Origin: Candidatus Heimdallarchaeota archaeon
GTDB lineage: Archaea; Asgardarchaeota; Heimdallarchaeia; Heimdallarchaeales; Heimdallarchaeaceae
Length of the DNA: 23,465 bases
Reading direction: 5' to 3'
NCBI GenBank assembly: GCA_018238545.1
Contig: JABCTC010000050.1
Location: 1 to 23,465, forward strand
Shown: in pieces, positions 1 to 8,830 of the stretch
Layout of the letters: the number at the start of each line of letters is the position of its first letter
Numbering within the stretch: the first letter of the stretch is position 1
The notes under the pieces: model-generated
What the model was told of the DNA's origin: nothing
Databases searched by the model: none
The model's input: only the letters and a program-made list of their open reading frames with translations
Position numbers and translations under genes: made by a program

Positions 1-180
1 ACCGCTCCAGCCAGATGTGTTAGTACGGGATATATCCTTGAATTCATCTGATGTGAAATCTTCGTATATTACATCACTATATGCTTGAGAATTTTGAAAA
101 TCTATCGAAATTAGTATTTGTGATACCAATAATATGCCTATAATCAAATTTCTTTTTCTTCTTAATCCGCCTAACAACAT
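1..180 (-). CDS. Secreted/surface protein, N-terminal part only (runs off window start)
   Basis: Not in the ORF track. My translation from ATG at 180 is open to base 1: MLLGGLRRKRNLIIGILLVSQILISIDFQNSQAYSDVIYEDFTSDEFKDISRTNTSGWSG. It has a basic n-region, a hydrophobic h-region and an SQA|Y cleavage-like site. A GGAGA SD-like motif and TTATATA lie upstream on the minus strand. Confidence 0.75.
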   Translation of the reverse strand, partial: MLLGGLRRKRNLIIGILLVSQILISIDFQNSQAYSDVIYEDFTSDEFKDISRTNTSGWSG

Positions 181-197
181 ATTATAACTTCTCCAAC

Positions 198-234
198 AGC
201 AATGCTTAGAATTCCTAACTATATAAGCATTGCT
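198..234. promoter_or_regulatory. 11-bp perfect inverted repeat (AGCAATGCTTA-N15-TAAGCATTGCT) around the TATA-like box of the minus-strand gene
   Basis: Arms at 198-208 and 224-234 are exact reverse complements. TATATAA at 220-226 reads TTATATA on the minus strand. Confidence 0.5.
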
Positions 235-508
235 TGGAAGTGAGAAAAATGATGCACATTCCACCTGCTATCAACCTGAACATTGTTAATCAGTTAATTT
301 CTATGTTTTTTCCTATATCTTTGAACGATTACGATTATGATTGCCATGGAAAGAGATTTTTATGAAATTTTGCTAACAATTTCTTATTCATCTTGCATCA
401 AGGTCACCTTCTTGTATATGGCTCGTTATTGTATGGAGAGCTTGTTGCCATATCCCTTTTTTTAATTCTCATTATAATGCAAATTACTAAAACAAATTTC
501 AAGCAAAG

Positions 509-553
509 TTTATATATTTATAATATTAAATCTCCATGATTTACAAAAGAGGT
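509..553 (+). promoter_or_regulatory. Putative TATA box (TTTATATA 509-516) and SD-like GAGGT (549-553) for the CDS at 561
   Basis: Matches the archaeal TATA consensus with an A-rich BRE-like stretch upstream. The same layout precedes the CDS at 1948. Confidence 0.5.
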
Positions 554-560
554 TGGTTCT

Positions 561-1760
561 ATGCTAGATAAACAGATTACAGATCACAAAAGCACTCTTT
601 CCCTTTTATATAATATTCTTATTTCAATTGGTTCAGCTGTACTCACAGTTGGTTTAATTCTTCCCTATATGCTTTATCCTAACATTGATGGGCATCCTGG
701 TAATTCTTTTTTGTTTAGAGTAAATAGTATTGGTGATGAATATTACAAATTTGTCGATGTTGTAATATTGTTAATGTTAATTCTTGTTCTACTAGTATTT
801 TTGTCTGGATTTCTTGCTCTTCTTGGAAGAAAAATCGAAAGATTAAGTTTATTTGGAAATCCAACTTTTTCCTTATTTCTTTTAATTTTCATTCTTTTTG
901 TTCCTTTGTTTTACTATACATATGTCACTTTTTTAGGTTATATTGGAGACAATCTTACATTTGCAGCTTCCCATGCAGCATATTCACAACTTGCTGATAG
1001 TGGTTATAAATATGCTGTAAAGCTTGGTTCTGGTTTTTACTTGAGTCTTGTTGGTCTTCTTCTTCTCTTAATCTCATTTCTCCCTTCTATTATTTTAGTT
1101 GTTCAGAATTGGGGAAACCATAGAAATAAATCTAGAACTCCTATTAGTGAAAAAAAACTATTAAACTTACATCAAAATAAAATGAATTTGATACTCTCTA
1201 TTATATGTCTGATTGCATGTGTTGGAATTATACTTGGATTAGTAACTCCTACATTTTATTGGGTCTACAGAGGTTCTGAAGGCGATAATACTGTAACTAG
1301 TTTCCTAACGCCAGAGAGATCCTATAATTCAGATCAAATGAAGTACTTAAGCGTAAGTGCTCTAATATATTTAACATATTTTGTTATGCTTCTTTCATTT
1401 TGCATTATAGTAATACTATCACATATTAAAAAACGCCAATTCACAAAACCAAAATTATTGATGTTTATTTTCTTGGTGATAGTCTTAATAATTCCTTCAT
1501 CAAATCCTGAACATGAAGGAATTCTCACAGTCCCTGCTATAATTTTTACCTTTATGATATTTCATTCTATAATTAATGGTGCTAATTATTCTGCTGCAAG
1601 GTATGATCAACTCGTATCAACTGAAAAATATGTTTTATCATTCACATTTTGGTTTATGGTCGTATCTTTAATATTACTGTTTCTAATCTTTTTTGCAATC
1701 GTTTATATCAAGTACTTTGTGAGAAAGGACACTATAAATATTGAGCAAGCACAAAAATGA
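561..1760 (+). CDS. Polytopic membrane protein (about 8 TM), apparently a tandem duplication of a 4-TM module
   Basis: 399-aa ORF with about 8 hydrophobic segments. Halves begin LTVGLILP / IILGLVTP and end LGSGFYLSLVGLLLL / LSFTFWFMVVSLILL. Confidence 0.75.
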   Translation: MLDKQITDHKSTLSLLYNILISIGSAVLTVGLILPYMLYPNIDGHPGNSFLFRVNSIGDEYYKFVDVVILLMLILVLLVFLSGFLALLGRKIERLSLFGNPTFSLFLLIFILFVPLFYYTYVTFLGYIGDNLTFAASHAAYSQLADSGYKYAVKLGSGFYLSLVGLLLLLISFLPSIILVVQNWGNHRNKSRTPISEKKLLNLHQNKMNLILSIICLIACVGIILGLVTPTFYWVYRGSEGDNTVTSFLTPERSYNSDQMKYLSVSALIYLTYFVMLLSFCIIVILSHIKKRQFTKPKLLMFIFLVIVLIIPSSNPEHEGILTVPAIIFTFMIFHSIINGANYSAARYDQLVSTEKYVLSFTFWFMVVSLILLFLIFFAIVYIKYFVRKDTINIEQAQK

Positions 1761-1890
1761 TCTACATTCTTACTTAATTGGAAAGGAAAAAACAAAAGAT
1801 GGATAGAGATTGTTATCTGTCTCGGTTTGTCTCTTTTCATTTTGCGCAAAATATTTTAAAGAGAAAATAGAACGAATATTTTTGAATAGT

Positions 1891-1939
1891 TTTATATATT
1901 CTGATTCTTAATTCAATGTAGTTATTTCGGAAGAGAGGT
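1891..1939 (+). promoter_or_regulatory. Putative TATA box (TTTATATA 1891-1898) and SD-like GAGGT (1935-1939) for the CDS at 1948
   Basis: Consensus match and plausible spacing to the ATG at 1948. Confidence 0.5.
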
Positions 1940-1947
1940 ACAAATTT

Positions 1948-2877
1948 ATGAATTATGCATATGTTCAACCTATTAAACCTATAGCAGAAATTAAGCAAGA
2001 ATTTAGAAAATATGCTAGGAATATAGGTCATTCTCTTATTGCTATGGTTATTCTTATGATTGTTGTACTTGTATTACCAATTACTTTGTTTTTCTTAGTC
2101 GATCTAAACGAGTCAGCATCATTTTCCAGTTCTATAATCATTTTACCATTTATACTTGTAGTCTCATTAATTCTTACTGGTTTTCGTATCTATAAAATGG
2201 TTTGTGAGTACAAGTTAAGCAAGACGTTAGATGATTTAGGGCTTCATTATATGCAAGAAACCACTACTGCAAAGAAAGCAGGTGAAATGCTGAAGATTGC
2301 TTTACTTGTAAGTATAATCGCTGGAGGGATCATTAGTCTTGTTTTGTACATTATTGCTTATTATAGAGTTGCAGAAACTTTTAAAGAACTAAATAAAAAT
2401 GAACTATTTCTTAAACAAGAGAGTAGATTAGTGTATAAGTCCTTTATAGCATCAATTATTGCGCAAATAGTATTTTTAATAGCATATTGTTCCTTCATCT
2501 TTGATTTGTTTTATGATTCCGTCATCTTTGATTTGTTTTATGATTATCACCTTTCACTAACTACTATAATCTTTGTAGGGATTTCGAGTGCATTAATGGT
2601 AGCTACATATATTGTTCAAATCATAGCTTTTTATCGTCTAGGTGATGATGTGTTGCTTATCGTTGAAAGACAACCTTCTTCTTATGTGACCGTTCAACAA
2701 CCATATCTGCAGCAACCTGTTCAATACTCTCCAGGTTCTATTCATACTCAATCTACACCTTCTGAAAAGTTTCAGAAAGATCAAAACCAAAAAGAATTGT
2801 CATATTGTCCAAACTGTGGCACTCCGACAGATGATGTAATCACTTACTGTACAAAATGTGGAACCAAACTTGATTAA
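1948..2877 (+). CDS. Membrane protein (DUF973/DUF996-like) with Q/P-rich linker and C-terminal double zinc ribbon
   Basis: About 5-6 TM helices, a QQPYLQQPVQYSP linker and C-terminal CPNCG...CTKCGTKL. Paralogous to 9873..10829. Confidence 0.8.
   Translation: MNYAYVQPIKPIAEIKQEFRKYARNIGHSLIAMVILMIVVLVLPITLFFLVDLNESASFSSSIIILPFILVVSLILTGFRIYKMVCEYKLSKTLDDLGLHYMQETTTAKKAGEMLKIALLVSIIAGGIISLVLYIIAYYRVAETFKELNKNELFLKQESRLVYKSFIASIIAQIVFLIAYCSFIFDLFYDSVIFDLFYDYHLSLTTIIFVGISSALMVATYIVQIIAFYRLGDDVLLIVERQPSSYVTVQQPYLQQPVQYSPGSIHTQSTPSEKFQKDQNQKELSYCPNCGTPTDDVITYCTKCGTKLD
2491..2544 (+). repeat. In-frame 27-bp tandem duplication (SFIFDLFYD / SVIFDLFYD)
   Basis: tccttcatctttgatttgttttatgat (2491-2517) followed by tccgtcatctttgatttgttttatgat (2518-2544); one mismatch. 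Confidence 0.9.
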
Positions 2878-3003
2878 TTCTTATTTTCACTCTTTTGTTG
2901 TTAAATTAATGAATTAGTATATTGAATTAAAATATTAAGGAAAACTTTTTATTTTGGAACTTTTGTAAAGCATTATTGAGGAAAATTAGTATTTGTTCAT
3001 TGT

Positions 3004-4893
3004 GTGGGGTGCATAATTTTGAACAATGATAGTACAGCCAACAGAAGGGAAGAATTCCAAAAGTATTTTCGAAAATACCGTGAATATGTTTTTATTGGTT
3101 TTCTAATTATAGCCATTTACTTCACTAGTTTCTATGATAATTTTTTACTTTTTCATAACATTATAGAAATGATAGGTATTATGATGACTTTTACTATTTT
3201 TATTGTTTTCTGGAACTCAAGGAAAGCCATTGACAATCAGTTTTTTACTCTTCTTGGAATCTCGTTTCTCTTTATGGGTGTCATCGATTTGCTGCATACT
3301 TTCGCCTATAAAGGTATGAATATTTTCATTGGTTATGATGCTAATTTACCTACACAGTTGTGGATAGCAGGCAGAGCTTTCCAAGCAATAGCTTTACTTT
3401 TGTCAGTCTTGTTTATTGGTAAAAAATTGAATACCAGTCACGTATGGGTAGTACTTGGAATTGTTACGACTGTACTACTAACATTGGCTTTTACTGGTTA
3501 CTTCCCAGATTGTTATATTGAAGGATCTGGTCTAACTACTTTCAAGATAGTTAGTGAGTTTGTCATATGTTTGATTTACGCTTCTGGTATCGTTCTGTTA
3601 TTCTTTAGACGCTCTTCTTTTGGTTCCAATATATTTTATTTTATTTGTGCAGCAATTTCATTTTCCATATTAGGTGAGATTTTCTTCTCACTATATTTTG
3701 ATATTACAGGCACTTTCAATATACTTGGACATATTGCACGATTCACATCGTTATATTTCTTTTATAGAGCTACTGTTCATGTTGGTTTGAAAGATCCACT
3801 TGAACTTCTTTTTCAGAATTTACAAAGCAAACATTCGCGGAGACTCCATTCTTTAATTGAAAATATTCCTGAAGGTATCGTGCTTCTAGATGAAGAATAT
3901 AAAGTTATCATTAAGAACTCCGCAGCCGCAGAGTTCTTGCCCTACCTAGTGAAAGGAAAGCATACAAATAAAGTTCGGAATATAGCTGAACATTCTATTG
4001 AAGATGTATTAAATCCACCTTCTTCAGATTTAACATTTTATGAGATACATGTTGATAGTCCAGATGCAAGAGTGTTTCATGTTGGTGGAGCGAAAATCAC
4101 TCAAGGGGCTCAAAAAGGCGATTCTATCCTTGTTATTCACGATATAACCACTCAAAACAAGATAAGGGAAAGAGTGCAAACACAGGAGAAGTTAGCATCT
4201 GTTGGTAAACTTGCTAGAGGCATCTCACATGATTTCAAAAACATTATTTGGACAATTTCAGGTGCAGCAGAGTTAATTGAATCTCAATCCAAAAATGAAG
4301 GTATTAGGGACCTTGGGAATATGATACTTGAGCAAGCAATAAAAGGTAATGAATTAATCAGCCAAATCCTCGATTTTTCTGGTCAATCTAAAGCGCAAGA
4401 TGAAGTTCTGGATTTGAAACCAGTTATTGAGGAAACCGTAAAATTAGCTAAGTCAAGCCTTCCTGTCAATGTATCTGTAAATACAACTATTAAAGATTTT
4501 AAAATTAAAATTAACAAAATCCAATTTCAACAAATTCTATTAAACTTAATTGTAAACTCAAAAGATGCTCTTAAACAAGGTGGAAAAATTCAAATTCTAA
4601 CTCAGTTAGTCCATTCTTCTAAAGTTAAAGATTTTGAATCAATGAATGTACCATTACCAGATTCTAATTTTGTAAATATACGTGTACGTGATGATGGAGA
4701 AGGGATTGATAAAAAAGATTTAAACAAAGTTTTTGAACCATTTTATACAACAAAACCTACCGGAGAAGGAAGTGGTTTGGGCTTATCTCAAGTCTATGGT
4801 TTAATCAGACAACATAACGGCTATATTAACATTAACAGCACTAAAGGAAAGTTTACACAAGTGGATATATTTTTTCCTTTGCATGAAAATTAA
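3004..4893 (+). CDS. MASE3-PAS sensor histidine kinase (HisKA + HATPase_c)
   Basis: N-terminal multi-TM region with MASE3-like motifs (LLFHNIIE, DLLHTFAYKGM, TQLWIAGR), PAS start (LIENIPEGIVLLD), H-box SHDFKN, N-box NLIVNSKDA, D-box DDGEGI, F-box FEPFYTTK and G-box GSGLGL. Exact start uncertain. Confidence 0.9.
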   Translation: MGCIILNNDSTANRREEFQKYFRKYREYVFIGFLIIAIYFTSFYDNFLLFHNIIEMIGIMMTFTIFIVFWNSRKAIDNQFFTLLGISFLFMGVIDLLHTFAYKGMNIFIGYDANLPTQLWIAGRAFQAIALLLSVLFIGKKLNTSHVWVVLGIVTTVLLTLAFTGYFPDCYIEGSGLTTFKIVSEFVICLIYASGIVLLFFRRSSFGSNIFYFICAAISFSILGEIFFSLYFDITGTFNILGHIARFTSLYFFYRATVHVGLKDPLELLFQNLQSKHSRRLHSLIENIPEGIVLLDEEYKVIIKNSAAAEFLPYLVKGKHTNKVRNIAEHSIEDVLNPPSSDLTFYEIHVDSPDARVFHVGGAKITQGAQKGDSILVIHDITTQNKIRERVQTQEKLASVGKLARGISHDFKNIIWTISGAAELIESQSKNEGIRDLGNMILEQAIKGNELISQILDFSGQSKAQDEVLDLKPVIEETVKLAKSSLPVNVSVNTTIKDFKIKINKIQFQQILLNLIVNSKDALKQGGKIQILTQLVHSSKVKDFESMNVPLPDSNFVNIRVRDDGEGIDKKDLNKVFEPFYTTKPTGEGSGLGLSQVYGLIRQHNGYININSTKGKFTQVDIFFPLHEN

Positions 4894-4957
4894 CCTTCTT
4901 TCTTATTGATGCAAAAAGGATTTAAAGATTAGAAAATAGGACATCAAGGATTGTTTC

Positions 4958-5926
4958 ATGTCATTGATAACAAAAATAATGGATTTTATGTTTGAAAAAG
5001 TAGGTATCCCGGAGTTCGAGAAAATTATTGAGATAGAAGATGCTCTTATTGAAGAAGATGGTGTGCTTGGTTTTTCACCAAAATCTGCAACAAGATTTGA
5101 TATACCAATTGAAGCAAGTAAACGAAAAGGTGTTAACTTGTTCGTAACTCCAAGAATTTTACCTCACATCTTATCTAGCGCTAAAAATTTGAGAAAATCA
5201 TTCAAGGATCTTAAACTTAATCCAACTAATCCTAAAATTGAAATTAGTAGCACTGATTTGGAAGAACTTAAGAAAATTGCTGAAACAGAAGGCATATGTG
5301 AAATTGGTTTTACAAAGGTTCCTCATGAATTAATTTTCCAGAAAAAATCTATAATCTACGATAATGCGATTGTTCTAGTCATGAAAATGGATAATCAGCT
5401 GATAAATACTGCCCCCAGTAAAAAAGCAATTAAGAATATTTGGTATACATACGATTATCTCGGAAGAGCTACGATGAAAATTGCTAAATTTCTTAGACAA
5501 AGAGGTTATTCCTCTCAAGCATCTCATCCTTTGGGTGGTCTAGTTTTATACCCTCGACTTGCAGAAAAAGCAGGATTAGGTTCTTTTGGAAAAGCAGGTT
5601 TGTTAATAACACCTGTTAACGGATCTACAGTACGTCTTGCTGCAGTTTTTACAAGTGTTCAAAATCTTCCAATAACTGATGGAAATGAGCATTCTTGGAT
5701 AGGAGAATTTTGCAAAACATGTCTGAAGTGTATAAAGGAATGTCCCCCACAAGCAATATTGAAAGAACCCATAAAACATGATACAGGAAGGGTTACACAC
5801 ATTGATAACAATAAATGCTTCCCCTATTTTGCGGAAAATTATGGTTGTACAATTTGCATCAAAGTTTGTCCATTTAACGCTAATAGCTATGAAAAAATAA
5901 AAGTAGCTTTTGAGAAAAGAAAGTGA
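4958..5926 (+). CDS. QueG/reductive dehalogenase-like cobalamin-dependent 2x[4Fe-4S] protein
   Basis: AEKAGLGSFGKAGLLITPVNGSTVRLAAVFT motif plus CxxCxxCxxxCP (CKTCLKCIKECP) and C...CxxCxxxCP (C...CTICIKVCP). No TAT signal visible. Confidence 0.8.
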   Translation: MSLITKIMDFMFEKVGIPEFEKIIEIEDALIEEDGVLGFSPKSATRFDIPIEASKRKGVNLFVTPRILPHILSSAKNLRKSFKDLKLNPTNPKIEISSTDLEELKKIAETEGICEIGFTKVPHELIFQKKSIIYDNAIVLVMKMDNQLINTAPSKKAIKNIWYTYDYLGRATMKIAKFLRQRGYSSQASHPLGGLVLYPRLAEKAGLGSFGKAGLLITPVNGSTVRLAAVFTSVQNLPITDGNEHSWIGEFCKTCLKCIKECPPQAILKEPIKHDTGRVTHIDNNKCFPYFAENYGCTICIKVCPFNANSYEKIKVAFEKRK

Positions 5927-5945
5927 AAAACATAATTGATATTTC

Positions 5946-7889
5946 TTATTCTTTTTCTTTTTCTATAGGGAAAGTCAATTTGAATTTTGTTCCTTTGTTC
6001 ACTTCAGATTCAAATGATATCTTGCTGAAGTGTTGATCCATAATTTCATACACCCAAAGTAGTCCCAAACCCGTGCCTTCATCAATAGATTTTGTGGTAA
6101 AACTTTCCTTGCCAATCTTATCCATAACATCAGAAGACATTCCAACACCAGTATCTTCAATTTCAATTGTCACATTATCTTTATTTTCATCGGTGAAGAC
6201 ATTTATCTTTATTTTTCCTTCAATCTCAATAGCTTGAGAAGAGTTTACAAGAAGATTCATAAAAACGTGCGAGATATCATTTTCTACTCCTTTGATCATG
6301 GTCGGGCTTTGAGCAATATAACTGATATCAAGATTTTCACATTTATATTTCCATTTACCTCTAGTCATGGTAATTGCTGTTTCGAGTGCATCATAAATGT
6401 TGAAAACTGTTAACTCGCCTTTCCTTGAAACTCTTCGAAGTCTTTGAGAGACATCCCCTATTCTATAGCATCCTTCTATCAACCTTTCAGTCAGTGATAT
6501 CAGTTTATTCATATCTACTTTTCCTTCTTGCAATAGTACTCCTAAGAGTTCTGCATTACCGAGAACATATTGAAGGGGGTTGTTAATGTCATGTCCAATA
6601 CTACCGGCTAATCTTCCCAGCATAACTGCTCGTTCTTGATCCATTAATTGTGCAGCTTTGTCTTCCACCATCTCCTCCAATCTGTGTGTGTACTCTGTCA
6701 ACTGGTTTTCTAGCTCTTTATAGCTAGTAACATTTCTGACTTGAACAATATATGCATGAGGTTTTTCATTCTCATAAATAACAGAAATACTTGCACTCAA
6801 ATTAATTAGGTGTCCATCTGGATGCGTCATATCAAAATCAAGATTGATGTATCGTCCTTCTTTGTTTATTTCCTCAGCAAGTGAGACAACTTTTTGTCCA
6901 AAATCTTTACCAATAAAATCAAGAAGGTTTTTTCCGATTAACTCCTCTTCTTTCTCAAACCCTAAAAAGACATATGTTTGCTGATTTGCCATTAATACAT
7001 TCAAATTTAGATCAGTTTTTATAATTGCATCTGGAGAAATACCTACTAGTGTTTTGTAGTTCTCAATACTTTCATGAAGTGCAGTTTCTGTTGCTTTTAA
7101 TAATGTTACATCCATGAGACTTACAAGACTTCTTTCTGTTCCAGGAATCAGTGCTACTGTATAAACGAAATCTCTTTTTTCTCCTGTTTTTGCGATAAGT
7201 TTTAGTTCTACAATTCTGGGAACAGAGGATGGGTCGATTCTTCTTTGTTGATGATATTGAATGATTCTATCTCGTTCATTCTCAGGCAGGTACTTCAAGA
7301 AGCTGTTTCCGATGACCTCTTCCTTTGTGTATCCAGAAACTTTCTCGAATTGAGAATTCATCAAAGTAACAGTCGTATCCGCTTCTACCATTACCATCGA
7401 GGATCCAGAGTTTTCAAAAAGCATCTGATACTGAAACTTAGATTCCCTTAAAGCTTTTTCCATAATTTTCTGTTGCGTGACGTCACGAATAATTCCTTGG
7501 AAACCTAGAAATTTACCTGAGCTAGAAAGTCTCTGAGTAGCTGTTAGAAGATTTGTAGTAATAGTTCCGTCTTTTCTTTTGTACTTTATTTCATAATTTC
7601 TAACGGATTTAGCTCTCGTAATATCTTCCAGAAATTGTTTTCTTGTTTCAGGACTATCGTATAAATCCATTGCTTTAATTTTTAGTAATTCTTCCCTATT
7701 GTATCCTGACATATCTAGGAGAGCTTGATTTCCATCTATTATCATACCTTCAACATCAGTTATGAACATCGCATCAATTGAATTCGTAAACATTGAACGA
7801 TATATATCTTCAGTTTCTGATTCTAATGTTTCATTATCTTCCGATTTATTCTCAAGAGGTTTGTTGGAAAAATTCTTTTTTTCATCCAT
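5946..7889 (-). CDS. Cytoplasmic triple-PAS histidine kinase
   Basis: Three PAS/PAC repeats (ending IRDVT, LMDVT, VRNVT), H-box GHDINNPL, NLLVNSSQA, DTGVGM, FTTK and GTGLGL. No TM segment. Confidence 0.92.
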   Translation of the reverse strand: MDEKKNFSNKPLENKSEDNETLESETEDIYRSMFTNSIDAMFITDVEGMIIDGNQALLDMSGYNREELLKIKAMDLYDSPETRKQFLEDITRAKSVRNYEIKYKRKDGTITTNLLTATQRLSSSGKFLGFQGIIRDVTQQKIMEKALRESKFQYQMLFENSGSSMVMVEADTTVTLMNSQFEKVSGYTKEEVIGNSFLKYLPENERDRIIQYHQQRRIDPSSVPRIVELKLIAKTGEKRDFVYTVALIPGTERSLVSLMDVTLLKATETALHESIENYKTLVGISPDAIIKTDLNLNVLMANQQTYVFLGFEKEEELIGKNLLDFIGKDFGQKVVSLAEEINKEGRYINLDFDMTHPDGHLINLSASISVIYENEKPHAYIVQVRNVTSYKELENQLTEYTHRLEEMVEDKAAQLMDQERAVMLGRLAGSIGHDINNPLQYVLGNAELLGVLLQEGKVDMNKLISLTERLIEGCYRIGDVSQRLRRVSRKGELTVFNIYDALETAITMTRGKWKYKCENLDISYIAQSPTMIKGVENDISHVFMNLLVNSSQAIEIEGKIKINVFTDENKDNVTIEIEDTGVGMSSDVMDKIGKESFTTKSIDEGTGLGLLWVYEIMDQHFSKISFESEVNKGTKFKLTFPIEKEKE

Positions 7890-8005
7890 CGACTTATCTC
7901 CATATCAAGATTGAATAATAATAGTTTCATCTTTGCTTTAATAAATCTGTTTCATTGAGGCGAAAAATAGAAAAAAAGAGAAAAAGTGTTTTTCCATACA
8001 AAATA

Positions 8006-8674
8006 TCATATTTTCTTAGCAATCACTTTAAGTGTGCTAAGCATCTCTTTTAGTATATCTTCTTCATTTAATGATGAAGCGATTTCGTTATCTGCTGTTA
8101 CTGCGGCTTGACCTTTCATTCTGGAGAGAATACTACGTATCTTCTCTGTATATTCGTGAGTATTCTTTATACCTACTAATTTCTGTTCTGGTCGAGATTT
8201 CTGATTTGAACTTCCACTCATACCAGCTGTTTCAATGCCTATAGTCCCGAAAAGCGACCCACCTAGCAATCTGTCAAAAGGTCCTCTCCTTTGATTGAAA
8301 TTAGTTATATTTCGATAGGGGACTATTTTTCGACTTTTTGTGATGATACCTTTTTCCACAATTATTTCATGGGTTGTGAGTGTGTAATTGATCGCTCTTA
8401 CATATATCCGCGCAAATATTATTCCTAACACAAATAGAGGTGCAGTAAATCCAACGAACCAAGGATAAACTAGGTTCAGCAATTGAGCATAATTACCAAC
8501 TCCCTCTTCTATTGAAACTACTAGAATCAACAAACCAGCGATGATAGTATTACCAATGTAGATTAATAAAAGCTCTATGACCCAGATTCTGAACAATGTT
8601 TCCCGTTCAGGTGTGAACTCTTCAAGAACTTTGTGTTTTCCAATTTTACTTAAATTTAAATTTTGATCATTCAT
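8006..8674 (-). CDS. YdbS-like membrane protein (2 TM + bacterial PH domain bPH_2/DUF304)
   Basis: Two TM helices then YTLTTHEIIVEKGIITKSRKIVPYRNITN...RGPFDRLLG...IETAG, a typical bPH_2 signature. Confidence 0.85.
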   Translation of the reverse strand: MNDQNLNLSKIGKHKVLEEFTPERETLFRIWVIELLLIYIGNTIIAGLLILVVSIEEGVGNYAQLLNLVYPWFVGFTAPLFVLGIIFARIYVRAINYTLTTHEIIVEKGIITKSRKIVPYRNITNFNQRRGPFDRLLGGSLFGTIGIETAGMSGSSNQKSRPEQKLVGIKNTHEYTEKIRSILSRMKGQAAVTADNEIASSLNEEDILKEMLSTLKVIAKKI

Positions 8675-8675
8675 T

Positions 8676-8711
8676 ATTGTTCAAGGTATATCTTGTTTGA
8701 ATAATTATAAA
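8676..8711 (-). promoter_or_regulatory. Candidate operator (ATTGTTCAA-N12-TTGAATAAT) between the TATA box and start codon of the YdbS-like gene
   Basis: 8/9 inverted repeat at 8676-8684 / 8697-8705, with an inner near-palindrome CAAGGTATATCTTG at 8682-8695. Minus-strand TTTATAAT at 8704-8711 lies about 30 nt upstream of ATG 8674. Confidence 0.45.
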
Positions 8712-8830
8712 CAATTTTGAAAAGAAAAGTTGTCAAACCCTTAAAATAATGGTAATTTAATGTGAAGTCAGATAAAATGTGAATACTCAATCTTAGTGTT
8801 TTATCTATATCAAATAAAAGTGAAATAAAC

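Noticed and set aside
240-480. Possible decayed gene in the intergenic region (e.g. minus-strand MRIKKGIWQQALHTITSHIQEGDLDAR*)
   Set aside because: Only very short frames with multiple stops; no family can be supported.
1334-2031. Short antisense ORFs 1334..1528 and 1837..2031
   Set aside because: They overlap longer, well-supported plus-strand genes and have no motifs; treated as shadow ORFs.
4958-5926. Assigning the symbol queG or rdhA
   Set aside because: The motifs are shared by both families, so the function cannot be resolved without phylogeny.
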